DNA from: Azolla caroliniana
Taxonomy: Eukaryota > Plantae > Polypodiophyta
DNA length: 64,000 nt
NCBI GenBank assembly: GCA_043228905.1
Contig: JBHGNT010000001.1
Location: forward strand, 29,388,001-29,452,000
Direction: 5' to 3'
In this document: piece by piece, positions 21,421-33,117 of the stretch
How the letters are laid out: every line of letters begins with the position of its first letter
How positions within the stretch are numbered: position 1 is the first letter of the stretch
Position numbers and translations under genes: made by a program
Notes under the pieces: generated by a model
What the model was told of the DNA's origin: nothing
Databases searched by the model: none
What the model saw: the letters and a program-made list of their open reading frames with translations, nothing else

Positions 21421-22021
21421 TTGCTCAACAATATTCAAATAAGATATCATTGGAGCCGAGAGTGGGAAGAAGATATGGAGTTTGCTCTAACGAAGATTCA
21501 CACATCGGAGATTGGATTCGACATGCTAACGAAGGTGTTGTCGGCTGAAAGTCTAAAAGCACATCGGAGTTGGATCGAACTTGTGAAGCCCCATTTGAAG
21601 TGAATTGGGACTTTGTTGAGATTCGAGAATAGATCATTTTCGGATGGGCTGAATTCAGGATTGAGGTGTGTGCCGGATCAAATGAGTCTAATCTCAACAC
21701 CGGATGGAGTCTGGCTAAGTATCTAAAAAGGTCAAATACGTAAATAGGTTTTGTAACGATCGTATTTAGGCCAGTCATGTAAATAGCCCGAAAGTTATCT
21801 AAGTATAAAGATAACTAAGGCAAACTGTTTGAGGCGTAGTTGAGTAGTCTTGTTGTGTGTAACTGTGTATTGTGTGTGTGACCTCCATAGCTAAACAGAT
21901 GAAGTGAGAGAGAGAGAGTGAGAGAGAGAAAGAGAGAAAGAGAGAAAGAGAGAGAGACAACGAGAACATCTCTCTTGTAACTACCTATTGGTGAAGGACG
22001 CGAACTCAGGTTTGTGCAACA
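21421..22021 (+). mobile_element. Ty1/Copia remnant: RNase H C-terminus and probable 3' LTR (about 21614-22021)
   Basis: IQIRYHWSREW...KIHTSEIGFDMLTKVL resembles Copia HIDIRYHxxR...IHTxxNxADMLTK. It is followed by a TGTTG...CAACA segment with a TATA and a GA tract. Confidence 0.7.
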
Positions 22022-22320
22022 CCAAGATTTTAAGAAGATATCATGAACAATGCAAATTACAATAAAGTTTCAAGAATATAATTTAGCATTTCCTTGTACA
22101 TATGTCCCCTCTTTCTCGACAATATTTAAGGAACCCTTCATCAATTCGGTGTCTTCCTCTCGTATCAATGTACATGGTGTCTGTTAGGAGGGTCCCATTA
22201 TGAAGGAAGTTAAATACTTAATACATTGATCAAGTATCAAGTAACAAATGTGTGTTTAGGGAGGGGGATTTTTCAATTTTGGTTTTTACATGTCTTAATG
22301 CATATATTTTGTCTTAATGA
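22015..22320. repeat. Copy of SAUR upstream block (paralogous to about 25678-25975 and 30240-30550)
   Basis: caacaccaagattttaagaagatatcatgaac...gcatatattttgtc is nearly identical at 25680 and diverged at 30240. Confidence 0.85.
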
Positions 22321-22328
22321 ATAAGGGA

Positions 22329-23137
22329 TGAGTTATATAAATTAATTAACATATCAACAAATCCCCGATATCAATATTTAGCCTACTACTAAAAGCATCT
22401 TCTGCATTAGTAGTATGATTGGGTACTATGAAAGCACCCCTCATTTTTCGAACCATATCCAACAATTCTTCACATTTCTCATTAATGATTAGTTCATTTT
22501 TTATTTTTAAAAAAAGTTTATTTTTAAGGTCAAAATTCACCGTGGTATTAATGAAAAGATGCCCAAAGGCCGCAAAGAATCCATACAATAAATTATAACC
22601 CTCCTACCCACATGAATCAACATGTCTAGTAGTGAAAACCCTCATGCATTGTCCTTTCAAGCTAGGGGTAGCAATGGGCACGGTTTCGACTCGAACCGAA
22701 CTGAACCATTAAGCCATGGTTTAACCGTTTATTGAGTTATATAAATTAATTAACATATCAACAAATCCCCGATATCAATATTTAGCTTACTACCAAAAGC
22801 ATCTTCTACATTAGTAGTATGATTGGGTACTATGAAAGCACCCCTCATTTTTCGAACCATATCCAACGATTCTTCACATTTCTCATTAATGATTAGTTCA
22901 TTTTTTATTTTAAAAAAAAGTTTATTTTTTAAGTCAAAATTCACCGCGGTATTAATGAAAAGATGCCCAAAGGCCGCAAAGAATCCATACAATAAATTAT
23001 AACCCTCCTACCCACATGAATCAACATGTCTAGTAGTGAAAACCCTCATGCATGGTCCTTTCAAGCCAGGGGTAGCAATGGGCACGGTTTCGACTCGAAC
23101 CGAACTGAACCATTAAGCCATGGTTTAACCGTTTATT
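22329..23137. repeat. 404-bp tandem duplication
   Basis: 22329-22732 and 22733-23137 are nearly identical; the duplicated 80-aa ORFs reflect this. Confidence 0.95.
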
Positions 23138-23345
23138 GGTTCCAAAAAAAATTAACCGTTTGGTTTGGTTTGGATTCTCGATAAACGGTTCGGTTCAGTT
23201 TTAAAACTCAGGTTTATAGGTCTACAAGATTAGTTTAAAGGTTTTTGGTTAACCTTTTTTTTTTTACCTTAATAGTTTTTTGATATAATGGTTTTTTATT
23301 GATTTATTAAATTTAACTTAAATGCTTATTTAATTTAATGTATTT
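23073..23345. mobile_element. One end of a hAT-type non-autonomous element with AACCG-type subterminal repeats
   Basis: Begins TAGCAATGGGC and is the reverse-complement homolog of about 27395-27633. Confidence 0.6.
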
Positions 23346-24103
23346 TTGTTTCTTCCCCTTCCATATGCTTGCCCATTTCCTTGACAACTTCAAAACATTG
23401 TAGTTGTTCTAGTGCTCGAGAATTGTTCTAAACACTCATATGTATGTCTCAATCAAGGCAAAAACACTAGGTTTTTGGAAAATATTTGTGCACGACAATT
23501 TGATAATTATACGTTGGCTTTTACAAAAATTTGGCAAATATGTTTGTGGATGTGAAGATATACAAACAAGTGGAGTGTATAAGATAAGAGAGGTGAAGAG
23601 GTGGTGAGTGGATGAGTGAGTGAAGAGAGTTGACCATATGAACAAGTGGATGGGGAGTTGGAAGAGCAAAACAACACAAATCAAAGTAGTCGAAAGAACT
23701 TAGATGCAACACATGAATGTTGATCACACATGCTACAAGTGCCCAACAACCAGAATTTGATTGCATGAATTAAATTTTTTGCTAGAAAATGCCAAATGCA
23801 TGTTTTGTATTGTTTTTGACACCTTTCTAAAATCTACAATATGATATGACACAAAATGTTTTGGTTTATGATTTCATCTTTTTCTTCATCCAAGAAACCC
23901 TTTATCAGAATTTGGTGATCTGGTGTGATCACATAAATTAATCCCATACATTGTCACATAGTTTTTGGAGTTCAACTCATAACTATTTTGTTTTACTCGA
24001 ATCTTAAATTTGATCATGTACATGTAAAAGTGGGGATGAATGAACCAATATCATTAAAAATTTATCAATAACACATTTATGCGATTGATGCATTAGTGTA
24101 AGA

Positions 24104-24661
24104 TTAATTGTTGGATTCGACTAACAAAATGATATGCTCAAAGAAGGCAATATCACACGGAATTGTGATGGGTCCCTCTTGATCAAACCCGAATTCTTCA
24201 TTAGCCTTCTCTAGTAAGGTTGCAAACAAAGGATGGTTAATCATATTTGCCTTTAAAAGAAATCGTCTCCTTTCTTCGCCCACATACAAAGCAAAGTAGC
24301 CTCGAGGTGTTTTGCTGAAACTCTTCTTCTTGCAACTAGTATCGATATTAGCCATGTTTGAGGGGCGCCTTAACGGTGACATGAAATAGGATAATGATTT
24401 TGATAATGAATTCAGTGGTGACCTCGGTAAATATTCAATATTATTATCATTAGCACCATTATGATAAGGTTTATCATTATTCTTAATATTATTATTGTTA
24501 GAAGTGAACAATGCTTCATGTTGTTCTAGATAATCTAATTCATTGAAAGCTTCATTATTGGAGCAATAAGGATGCACAAATCTAGCACACTTGGGTAACA
24601 CTATATTAGAGCACATCAATGGTTGCATGCTCTTGAATATCCCCCTCCGATTCCTCGCCAT
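24104..24661 (-). CDS. SAUR: SAUR (small auxin-up RNA) family protein, 185 aa, intronless
   Basis: TPRGYFALYVGEERRRFLLKANMINHPLFATLLEKANEEFGFDQEGPITIPCD is the SAUR domain. ATG at 24661; TATA at about 24877-24883. Confidence 0.93.
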   Translation of the reverse strand: MARNRRGIFKSMQPLMCSNIVLPKCARFVHPYCSNNEAFNELDYLEQHEALFTSNNNNIKNNDKPYHNGANDNNIEYLPRSPLNSLSKSLSYFMSPLRRPSNMANIDTSCKKKSFSKTPRGYFALYVGEERRRFLLKANMINHPLFATLLEKANEEFGFDQEGPITIPCDIAFFEHIILLVESNN

Positions 24662-24804
24662 TTGTGAGTACACTTTGAATGCCCCTGGTATAGAGAGGTA
24701 GAAAAGAAGAAGAGTATTGACGTCTCTAAAGAGGTTAATTTGGTTTGTGAACCCAAAACAATATAGGTTGTATAACTTGTTTAAGAAATAAAACCGAAGA
24801 AACA

Positions 24805-24806
<2 letters not shown>

Positions 24807-24849
<43 letters not shown>
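24807..24849. repeat. (AG)n microsatellite in the SAUR 5' region
   Basis: Seen directly. Confidence 0.95.
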
Positions 24850-24852
<3 letters not shown>

Positions 24853-25190
24853 TGATTAATAAACGTGCGAGCAACCTATATAAGGTTCACCATGGCATTG
24901 TTGATCAAAATGAAATAATATTATATTCATAATGATTTGAGATTAATTTATATAAATGAAATGCTTACAACTCACGCACCTCCCCATAGTCAACAACTTT
25001 CTTTATTTATATTTAGAACTAGGATTAGATCTCCTATGTTTTATCACATTCCAAATCTTTGTAGGTGATATGTGCACCTTCCCTCACTTATATGAGAAGA
25101 TAGATTCTCCCTTTACAATGTTCTCTCAAGCTTCACATAGCGAGTCATTGTCCTTCACATATTTCAAAAAGTACACAAACAACTTTATCT

Positions 25191-25196
25191 TGTCTC
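25191..25196 (+). promoter_or_regulatory. Candidate auxin-response element TGTCTC upstream of SAUR
   Basis: TGTCTCCCAT lies about 530 bp upstream of the ATG. It is a single hexamer and could occur by chance. Confidence 0.35.
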
Positions 25197-25322
25197 CCAT
25201 TCTTTTCTCTGTCTTTGTCATTCGGTTTGACTATCTCGTGCAACGAAATAGTTATAAGGAAATAATCAATAGTTCATGTTGGTTCCTGAGAGTGTCTTCC
25301 TCCGCCTTAAGTTAGTTAGGTC

Positions 25323-25564
25323 CATAGTACGTAAAATTCATGTTCGTCTAGCATAACATTCGTTTTCCTAAGTTTGGAAAACGAATGCGAATGTTATTCA
25401 AACATTCTTGTGTTTTTTTTTTCCCCCTTTTTTTAATGTTTTTTTTTCATTTTTTAGACTTATTTACATCATAATAAATAGTTAATCCAAAAGTACAGTA
25501 GTTATCATTCTTTGAGGGGGTTTTTCTTACGCGAATGCGCGTATGGTACGTGGTTCATACTATG
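25323..25564. mobile_element. hAT-type MITE
   Basis: TIR CATAGTA.../...TACTATG with a perfect 8-bp TSD GTTAGGTC (25315-25322 / 25565-25572). Internal 12-bp hairpin cattcgttttcc/ggaaaacgaatg. Absent at the paralogous site near 30110. Confidence 0.85.
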
Positions 25565-27115
25565 GTTAGGTCACTTTGACATCGACTTCTATAAGTCATT
25601 ATTCAATGAATATTTAAGAAAAATAAAGCATCTAAATTGAACGTGTTAAACAATGGGAATAATAAATGACAACTAGTACAACACCAAGATTTTAAGAAGA
25701 TATCATGAACAATACAAATTACAATTAAGTTTCTAGAATATAATGTAGCATTTCCTTAAGTACATTTGTCCCCTCTTTCTCGACAATATTTAAGGAACCC
25801 TTCGTCAATTCGGTATCTTCCTCTCATATCAATGTACATGGTGTGTATTAGGAGGGTCTCATCATGAAGGAAGTTAAATACTTAATACATTGATCAAGTG
25901 TCAAGTGACAATTGCATGTTTAGGAAGGAGGATTCAATTTTGGTTTTTACATGTCTTAATGCATATATTTTGTCACTACTTAAACTTAGGCCATTTCAAG
26001 CGAATAAAGTAAATGTATGTACATATATGTCAATGTACTTGAAACTTGCTTTCCTTGTTTTTGGAAAAAAAAAACTTGCTTTCCTTTATGATAAGAAAGC
26101 CATCAAGGTTTATAACACGATTAGCTTTGTATGGGTAATTTAAAATACCATGTTTTCAATAATCATGAAAAGATTATCACAGTAAAATGTGATACATCTA
26201 AACAAGACATTGCAAGATATCTCTTTTATGTGCTACAAAGTCATAGAACGGGAGACTTTTCTTCAAGTCACTTGTCTTTGAAAGGAATAAGGGATAAATT
26301 AATTAAAATATGGGAAAAGTAGCAGGATACCCCTGGAAGTTCGTCTATTTACCAAAATACACCTAGAAGTTCTAAATTTACCAAACTACCCCTATGTCCA
26401 AAAAAATACAATTTATAAAGTAATTATACACTCAAATATATAAGCATTATTTACTAGAGTACCATTAAACCTAAACTTATTTATCATAATGCCACGATAT
26501 ACCTATTTTGACCAATTTTATTTTTCAAAATACATCATAAATCAAACTAAATTATTAAAATTATATTATATATCAAAATTTTCAATTGAAAAGTCACCTT
26601 AAAATCCAATTCTATGAATTTACACCGAGTTATACTAGCTTAATCCCATAAATTAACATGTAATTACACCGAGTTATATACTCCCTTACTCCATATTTGA
26701 TTAACACTAAGGGACGCTGCTTTAATTGGCAATTTTCTTTTATAGCATTATTAACCATTTTGTGAATGTTTTTTTTTAATAAAGGAAGATACACCTTAGT
26801 ATATTACTTGAAAAGTCTACATAAGATAAATAGAAGGAGACATTTCATCTCACTTCTTTTTGTAAGATACAAAAGCTAAATTATATTAACTTTTTCTAGG
26901 GCAATTTCTCAAACTATTAGTGTTTTTTATATTTTTCTCTAGATTCTATATGTAGACGGAGTCAATGCAAACTTTTTTCTGCTTACAAACATATGCAAGT
27001 ATTTTTTATTTCACGTAGATATTATATTACGAAGGATGTACGACGTACCCAACTACATACCACATAGGACTAAATTGAATGTAGTACCTTTGAAAGATGA
27101 TTTGCTACCATCGAC

Positions 27116-27633
27116 TAGCTATGGGCCCAGTTTGATTGGGTTCTTTGCCGTGAAATCAAACGAAACCATTTATAGAAAACAATAAATAACCAAGCCACTT
27201 AGGAAAAGTGAAACCAATCAGTTTATGAAAGTTTTTTTTTTTTCAAAGAAAGATGCACCTTAGTATATTACTTCAAAACTGTACACACAAAAAATAGAAG
27301 GAGACAATTTATGGAAAAGTTAAAATCTAACCGAACCATTTAATCACAAATTTAAACATAACCTTTTGAGCCAAATCAATTAAGTAATTAAATAACCATT
27401 AAATCAAATAAGCATGTAAGTTAAATTAATAAAATCATTAAACAAGAAATCATTAATTAAACCATAAGGAAATAAAAACAGTTAACCAAAAACCGAGAAA
27501 CTCAAGTTTTAGAACCAAACCGTTTACGAATAATTGAACCAAACCAAACCTTTTAATTATATTGCAACTAATAAACCCTTAAACCATAACTTAACGATTC
27601 AGTTCGGTTTGAGTTGAAGTTGGGCCATCGCTA
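27116..27633. mobile_element. hAT-type MITE
   Basis: TIRs TAGCTATGGGCC / TAGCGATGGCCC, 8-bp TSD CCATCGAC (27108-27115 / 27634-27641), and AACCG/AAACC subterminal repeats. Confidence 0.8.
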
Positions 27634-28096
27634 CCATCGACAAAGAAGACATTTTCATTTGATTCATCCAGCAAAATATGTTGACGGAGAAAAAGGTAAA
27701 GATTATGCGAGACTTGGGTTTCCTAGAGTTGTATTAGTCCAAAGTGCTTAATGCAAGTAGCCATATGTAAATGGGAGAATCATGTGAGAGCTACAGAACT
27801 CAACCTCTTAAAATGTATCTGCCTATGAACTCAATCTTGGGTGGACACCAGGAATAATAAGTAATTTTTTGGGAAATATTGGTATGAAACATTGGAAAAT
27901 AAGGATTCACAACTTTTTTGTGGTGTGTTTTCAAGTGTTAGGTTATTTATGTACTAAAATATGGTTATGGTTCCAACAACACATCTCCTCATGACAAAGT
28001 TTGAGATTTGGTAATCTGTAGTATGTAGTCAAAGTGCCGATAATGTAGTAATAATTTTAGTGAATCCAAGTACTCACATATTTGTCATTCTTGCAT

Positions 28097-28592
28097 CCAG
28101 ATGGTAGAACATGTCTAATGTTCAAACTCAATCATACACTGAAGCTTCACTTGATAGTACTATGCAAATGGATATTTTATTGATAAAATATATATTGTGA
28201 CATTTAGAATTGTGCGAAGCAAATTCCATACACCTCATTGCCAACCAAGGTACTCTCACATTCACCTTTCTTGTATTGAGATGGCAAAAGATGTCTCTAG
28301 TCTAAACTCAATCATACAATGAAGCTCCACGTAGTTGTACTATGCAAACAAGTAAGTTCGTGATACGAAGATATATCATGACATTTAGAATTGTGTGAAG
28401 CAAATTCCATATACAAGTTACTAACATGTTCACCATTATTGAATTGAAATGAAAAATCATGTCTCGACTCTAAAATCTATTGTACATTGAAACTCAAAAT
28501 GGTTATATTGTGCAAAGCGTTATTTTATTGATACGTAGATAATAGATTATATATATCATGAAATTTAGAATTGTGCAAACCAAATTCCATGT
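28097..28592. repeat. Three imperfect tandem repeats of about 180 bp
   Basis: catttagaattgtgNgaagcaaattccat recurs at about 28201, 28382 and 28562, with shared upstream aaactcaatcataca and tactatgcaaa blocks. Confidence 0.8.
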
Positions 28593-28996
28593 ATCTCTCT
28601 TATAATCCTGAATTTGTTTAACAAATGTTTTTCAAGGCAACATATTCCATGGTGTGTTGGGACATCATCCACAACATGGAGCCTAATCAAACTATTTATA
28701 AGTTATAACATGGAAAGTTCATCAATTGCATGAATAACTCGACAAAGGACATTAATATAGAGTACAATAACTCGTTCAAAATACTTAGTTACAGGATTGG
28801 ATGAACTTTAGCAATTTTATAGCAAATTAGTGGTGTATACATTTTGTGATATGGTGGGATCAATCAATTTGTCCCATCATAACTTTTGGAATCCAACTCA
28901 TAACTATTTTTTAGTTATAGTGGTAAGTTTCATCATGTACAAAGAAATTTGGAGATGAATGAACCTAGATAATTAAAATTACATTTAACAACGCAT

Positions 28997-29518
28997 TTAT
29001 AAGATTGATGCATTATTTTGGGATGAATTGTCGCATTCCACTAACAATACAATGTGCTCAAAGAAGGCGATATCACACGGAATAGTGATGGGTCCCTCTT
29101 GATCAAACCCAAATTCTTCTTTTGCCTTCTCTAACAAGATTGCAAACAAAGGATGGTTAACCATACTTGCCTTTACAACGAACAGCTTCCTTTCTTCACC
29201 CACATACAGACTGAAATATCCCCTAGGTGTTTCAACATGACTCTTCTTATTACAAATAGCATTGATATTAGTCATGCTTGAGGGGGAACTAAACGACGAC
29301 TTTAAATAGGATGATGACTTTAATAATGAATTGATTGGTGACCTATTATTATTATCACAAGTGAACAAGGGTTCACATTGTTCTTCATAGTATAACTCGT
29401 TGAATGCTTCATTACTAGAAATACGAGGAAGTGAGAATTTGGCACACTTGGGTAGCATGAAAGTAGAATGCATCAATGGTTGCTTGCTCTTGAATATCCT
29501 TCTCCAAATCCTCACCAT
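28997..29518 (-). CDS. SAUR: SAUR family protein, 173 aa, tandem paralog
   Basis: TPRGYFSLYVGEERKLFVVKASMVNHPLFAILLEKAKEEFGFDQEGPITIPCD. ATG at 29518; TATA at about 29705. Confidence 0.93.
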   Translation of the reverse strand: MVRIWRRIFKSKQPLMHSTFMLPKCAKFSLPRISSNEAFNELYYEEQCEPLFTCDNNNRSPINSLLKSSSYLKSSFSSPSSMTNINAICNKKSHVETPRGYFSLYVGEERKLFVVKASMVNHPLFAILLEKAKEEFGFDQEGPITIPCDIAFFEHIVLLVECDNSSQNNASIL

Positions 29519-32500
29519 TTGTGAGTACACTTTGACGGTCTCTTGCTTGGAGTGGATAGAAGATGACAATGAACCGTATTAACGTTTCTAAAGAAGTGAA
29601 TGTGGCCTATTAGACCCAAACAATATAGATTGTATAACTTGTCCTGAAAATAAGGTTAGGAAACACAGGAGAGAGAGGTTGCAATTAATAAATGTGTGAG
29701 CAACTTATATAATGGCTATCATGGCCTTAATTATTGAAATGATCCACGATTAATAATAAAGGACACACTCATAGCCCAACCCCCACCCCCCAAGTTTTAT
29801 TTGTTTATGTATAGAGCTAGGAGCCTAGGACTAGAGCTCACTTTATATGTAGATAATATGTGCATCATTTCCTCACTTATATGGGAAGATAGATTCTCCC
29901 CTAGTAGTCTTTTCCCAAGTTTCAGACCATCCGCCGTTAGCCTCGACAGGTTAAAAAATACAAAAACAACTTTTCATGTTTGTGAATAATATCGGTTCTT
30001 TCTATAATTGTCTTTGTCATTTGGTTTGACTTTATTATGCAATGAACCAATAATTCAGCTAAAATGAATCGTTCTCATTTGGCCTATCATAGGGTTTTCT
30101 TCCGACCATAGTTCGTCAACATATTTTGTCACACGTTTCTATCAAAGTCATTATTCAATGAATATTTAAGAAAAACAAAGAATCCAAGTTGAACATGCTA
30201 AGCAATGAGAATAATAATATAAATTCTAAGCTAGTACATTAACAAGATTTCCTTATATTTAGAGCATATAGTGAACAAAATAACAAAGTTTCAAGAACAT
30301 TTCTTCGTTATGCCCCTTCCTTCTCAACTATATTTCAGGAACCCTTCTTTGATTAGATATATTTCTTTTTATGTCAACATGCATTGTGTTTGTTGGGAGG
30401 ACTCCATTATCGAGGAAGAGCTATCCTCTATATAACGATGAAGTTTCAAGCTATATGTGTTTTTAGGGAGGGATTCAATATTGTTTTTGACACATCTTAG
30501 CATACATATCCATTCACCACTTTTAACTTACACAATTCAAGCAAAATAGAGTAAATTTGTGCATATGGAATTTACTTTTCTTTATGTTAAGAAAACGACC
30601 AAGGCGTAGACAAATCAGGCTATGTACACTCTACTATTTCTAGGTCGCTTCCATATATATTTGGCTATCGTTTTGTGACACCTTAGATAAAAAAGGTGGG
30701 GTAATTGTTGTCCACGTAACACCAAACGATTTCCTTACAAAACATGTTATTTTTCAACAAACATCAAGACATAACTAGAAAGCTTCTGAACGCAGCTAGA
30801 CATTGATATCATTGAAAGCAATATGGGTGATTTGCATGCCAAAGGGGGTAGAGCAAGTGAGGTGGCTGGAAGCACCATTTTGGATATCATGATGTGAAGT
30901 CCACCAATGGTGTGGTTGCCCAGAGTGAGAGGAATTGTGCTTGTGCCGACTCTTGTGACTCTGAATCTCCCTATAGGTTTTCGAATTGTGCATGCAAGGA
31001 TACCATTGGATCAAACAAACCCCATGTATAAGTATTGACAATACTATCAAATGCATGGATGAGTGATTTTAATTAGGGGGAATATCAAACAAACCCGTTG
31101 TATAAGTACCAACAATATGATCAAAAGCACCACCACAATGTATTAGGAGTAGTATCGAGGGGAATATCAAATGCACCCATGAGGGTACACTCCTTGTTTG
31201 ATGACATATCAAAAGCACTCCTCTTGTTAGCACTATCAAGGGTACCATCAAAAGATTCCCTTGTGAAAAGTACGTCGATGTTTTTAAATGGGCATCCACT
31301 AATCATGTATTCATTACATTATATATTTGCTAACTAGCATGTCCTTATCTTTATCATCACTCAATTTGTATAATATGACCTAATCATCTTGATTTTTAAT
31401 GAGGAATGTAAATTGAAATAAGGATGAACGTCATTCATTAACAATTAGTGCATATTTGTTCAACACTAATGACCATTGTTTTAATCAACATTTTAATTTC
31501 GAGCATAATTAACCATTTTCTAAATGTTACAATATATTACATTGATATTTCATAAACTACGATATATTTAGTATGTTGGATTGAGTAGACATATTTCTCT
31601 ACAATGTGTTGATTCAATACTCCATTACCCCTTCATTGACAAAATGGGTAAGAGTTATTGTCAGACATTCTCAAGCTACTAACATTCGTATATTATGAGC
31701 TAAGGAACTCTTTCTTTCCTCTTAAATAGTTACTATAACCAAGAGGTTAATTCGTGCCAAAATGTAAACCATGCTTACTATTTAAGACACAAAAAAGCAC
31801 ACCCAATGGAGCAAACTAGGCTTTGATAAGTTTATGTACACCACAATCCAGTCGAAGGAGAATACCACAAGGTTTAGAGTAAATCACTTAACAATAATCT
31901 CATGAAAAATGAGGGATATATAGATATATAGGTTTTAAATCGTCTTTAGAGGTTAAATATGACTTATGAGACAAAAAATATAACATTTCCACACAATACA
32001 TGTGAAGGACAGTAACAGATTCTTGATGTTCTAGAACTTTACTAATGAATTTCATTAGTAGCAAATTCTTGTTTAGAGTGCAAGGATTGGGTTTGGTGCA
32101 ATATAATGTGTGAAGCATGAGCCTCCATATTTTCTCAATGTCATGATACATAGGATTGCAAAAAGGTCTCATGCATAGAAGATGCAATTGATGTACCATG
32201 AAGGAAGTGTGTTACAACCCATCTTCCAAACCATTTTTTCCATAACTTGCATCTAACTAAAGCACAACTTTCTGCCTTTTCATACGATTTTAGGAAGTCA
32301 ATGTGAGGGACTTTTTGAACCTTAAGAATGTATTCAACAACCTTTTTCATGGCCTCATCTCATTGGGAAGGATTACATCTCAAAAAGTAGGAGGGTGTAT
32401 GACATTTGTTTCTCGACTTTGTTACGCTTTGTTTAAGAAAATGCTTTTGGACATTTTCAAACGCTTTTCAAGTGGACTTATAAGCGATACTGTCTCCCTA

Positions 32501-32871
32501 TACTTCCACCCCATAGAGAACCATTAGTGTCATTGATATGTCAAAAACGTATTTCCTTGAGGACCCAACATTTAATTTCTCCACCATTGCATGTGTTCTC
32601 AAATGCATAATGTGCTCTATTTCCTGCCTTTAAGTGGGGAACTAGTAGATTTATTCAATCTATGACTCGAGCAGCCTCAAGGGCAAGCTATTTAAGCTTT
32701 CCACAATTTCAAGGGCGTAATATTTACAATGTAATATTCCAATTTTGACATATTAGCATATTTGCATTCCTTTTTTCGGTACACCATCTCCCGAGAAAGT
32801 CTCATTCATATTTGAATTGCAATTGTTATGAGGACAGCTTCTCCGGCCCCGGGTTTCACAAGTGTTAGCGG

Positions 32872-33117
32872 CATAATATGAACCATGCGTACCATTCGCG
32901 AATGTTTTAATGATTCGAGTGTGGTAAACACACTCCGAAGTATGGTAAATACCTGGTAAATACCATACTTTTGCATTCATTATTTATTATAAGGTAAGAA
33001 AGTTAAAGGTAAAAAGTGTAAAAAAAACACAAGAATGTTTTGATAGCATATGCATTCGCTCTCATTCGTATGAAAAAGAATGTTGGCCCAATCCATTCTA
33101 GGATATTACATACTATG
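32872..33117. mobile_element. Second copy of the CATAGTA-type MITE, opposite orientation
   Basis: Ends cataatatgaaccatgcgtacc...tacatactatg mirror 25323-25564. No clean TSD. Confidence 0.55.

Noticed and set aside
22346-22992. Twin 80-aa ORFs
   Set aside because: They are a by-product of the 404-bp duplication, have non-ATG starts and show no homology I recognise.
24662-24874. 256-aa version of SAUR copy 1
   Set aside because: It begins at a non-ATG codon next to the TATA box and runs through a microsatellite. The ATG at 24661 aligns with the paralog's ATG.
26311-26400. Possible Mutator-like TIR (GGGAAAAGTAGCAGGATACCCCT...)
   Set aside because: No convincing partner TIR or 9-bp TSD was found.
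23073-27633. Inverted homologous ends flanking SAUR copy 1, suggesting a Pack-type transposon carrying the gene
   Set aside because: The right-hand sequence is a self-contained MITE with its own TIRs and 8-bp TSD (27116-27633), and the outer flanks share no TSD.
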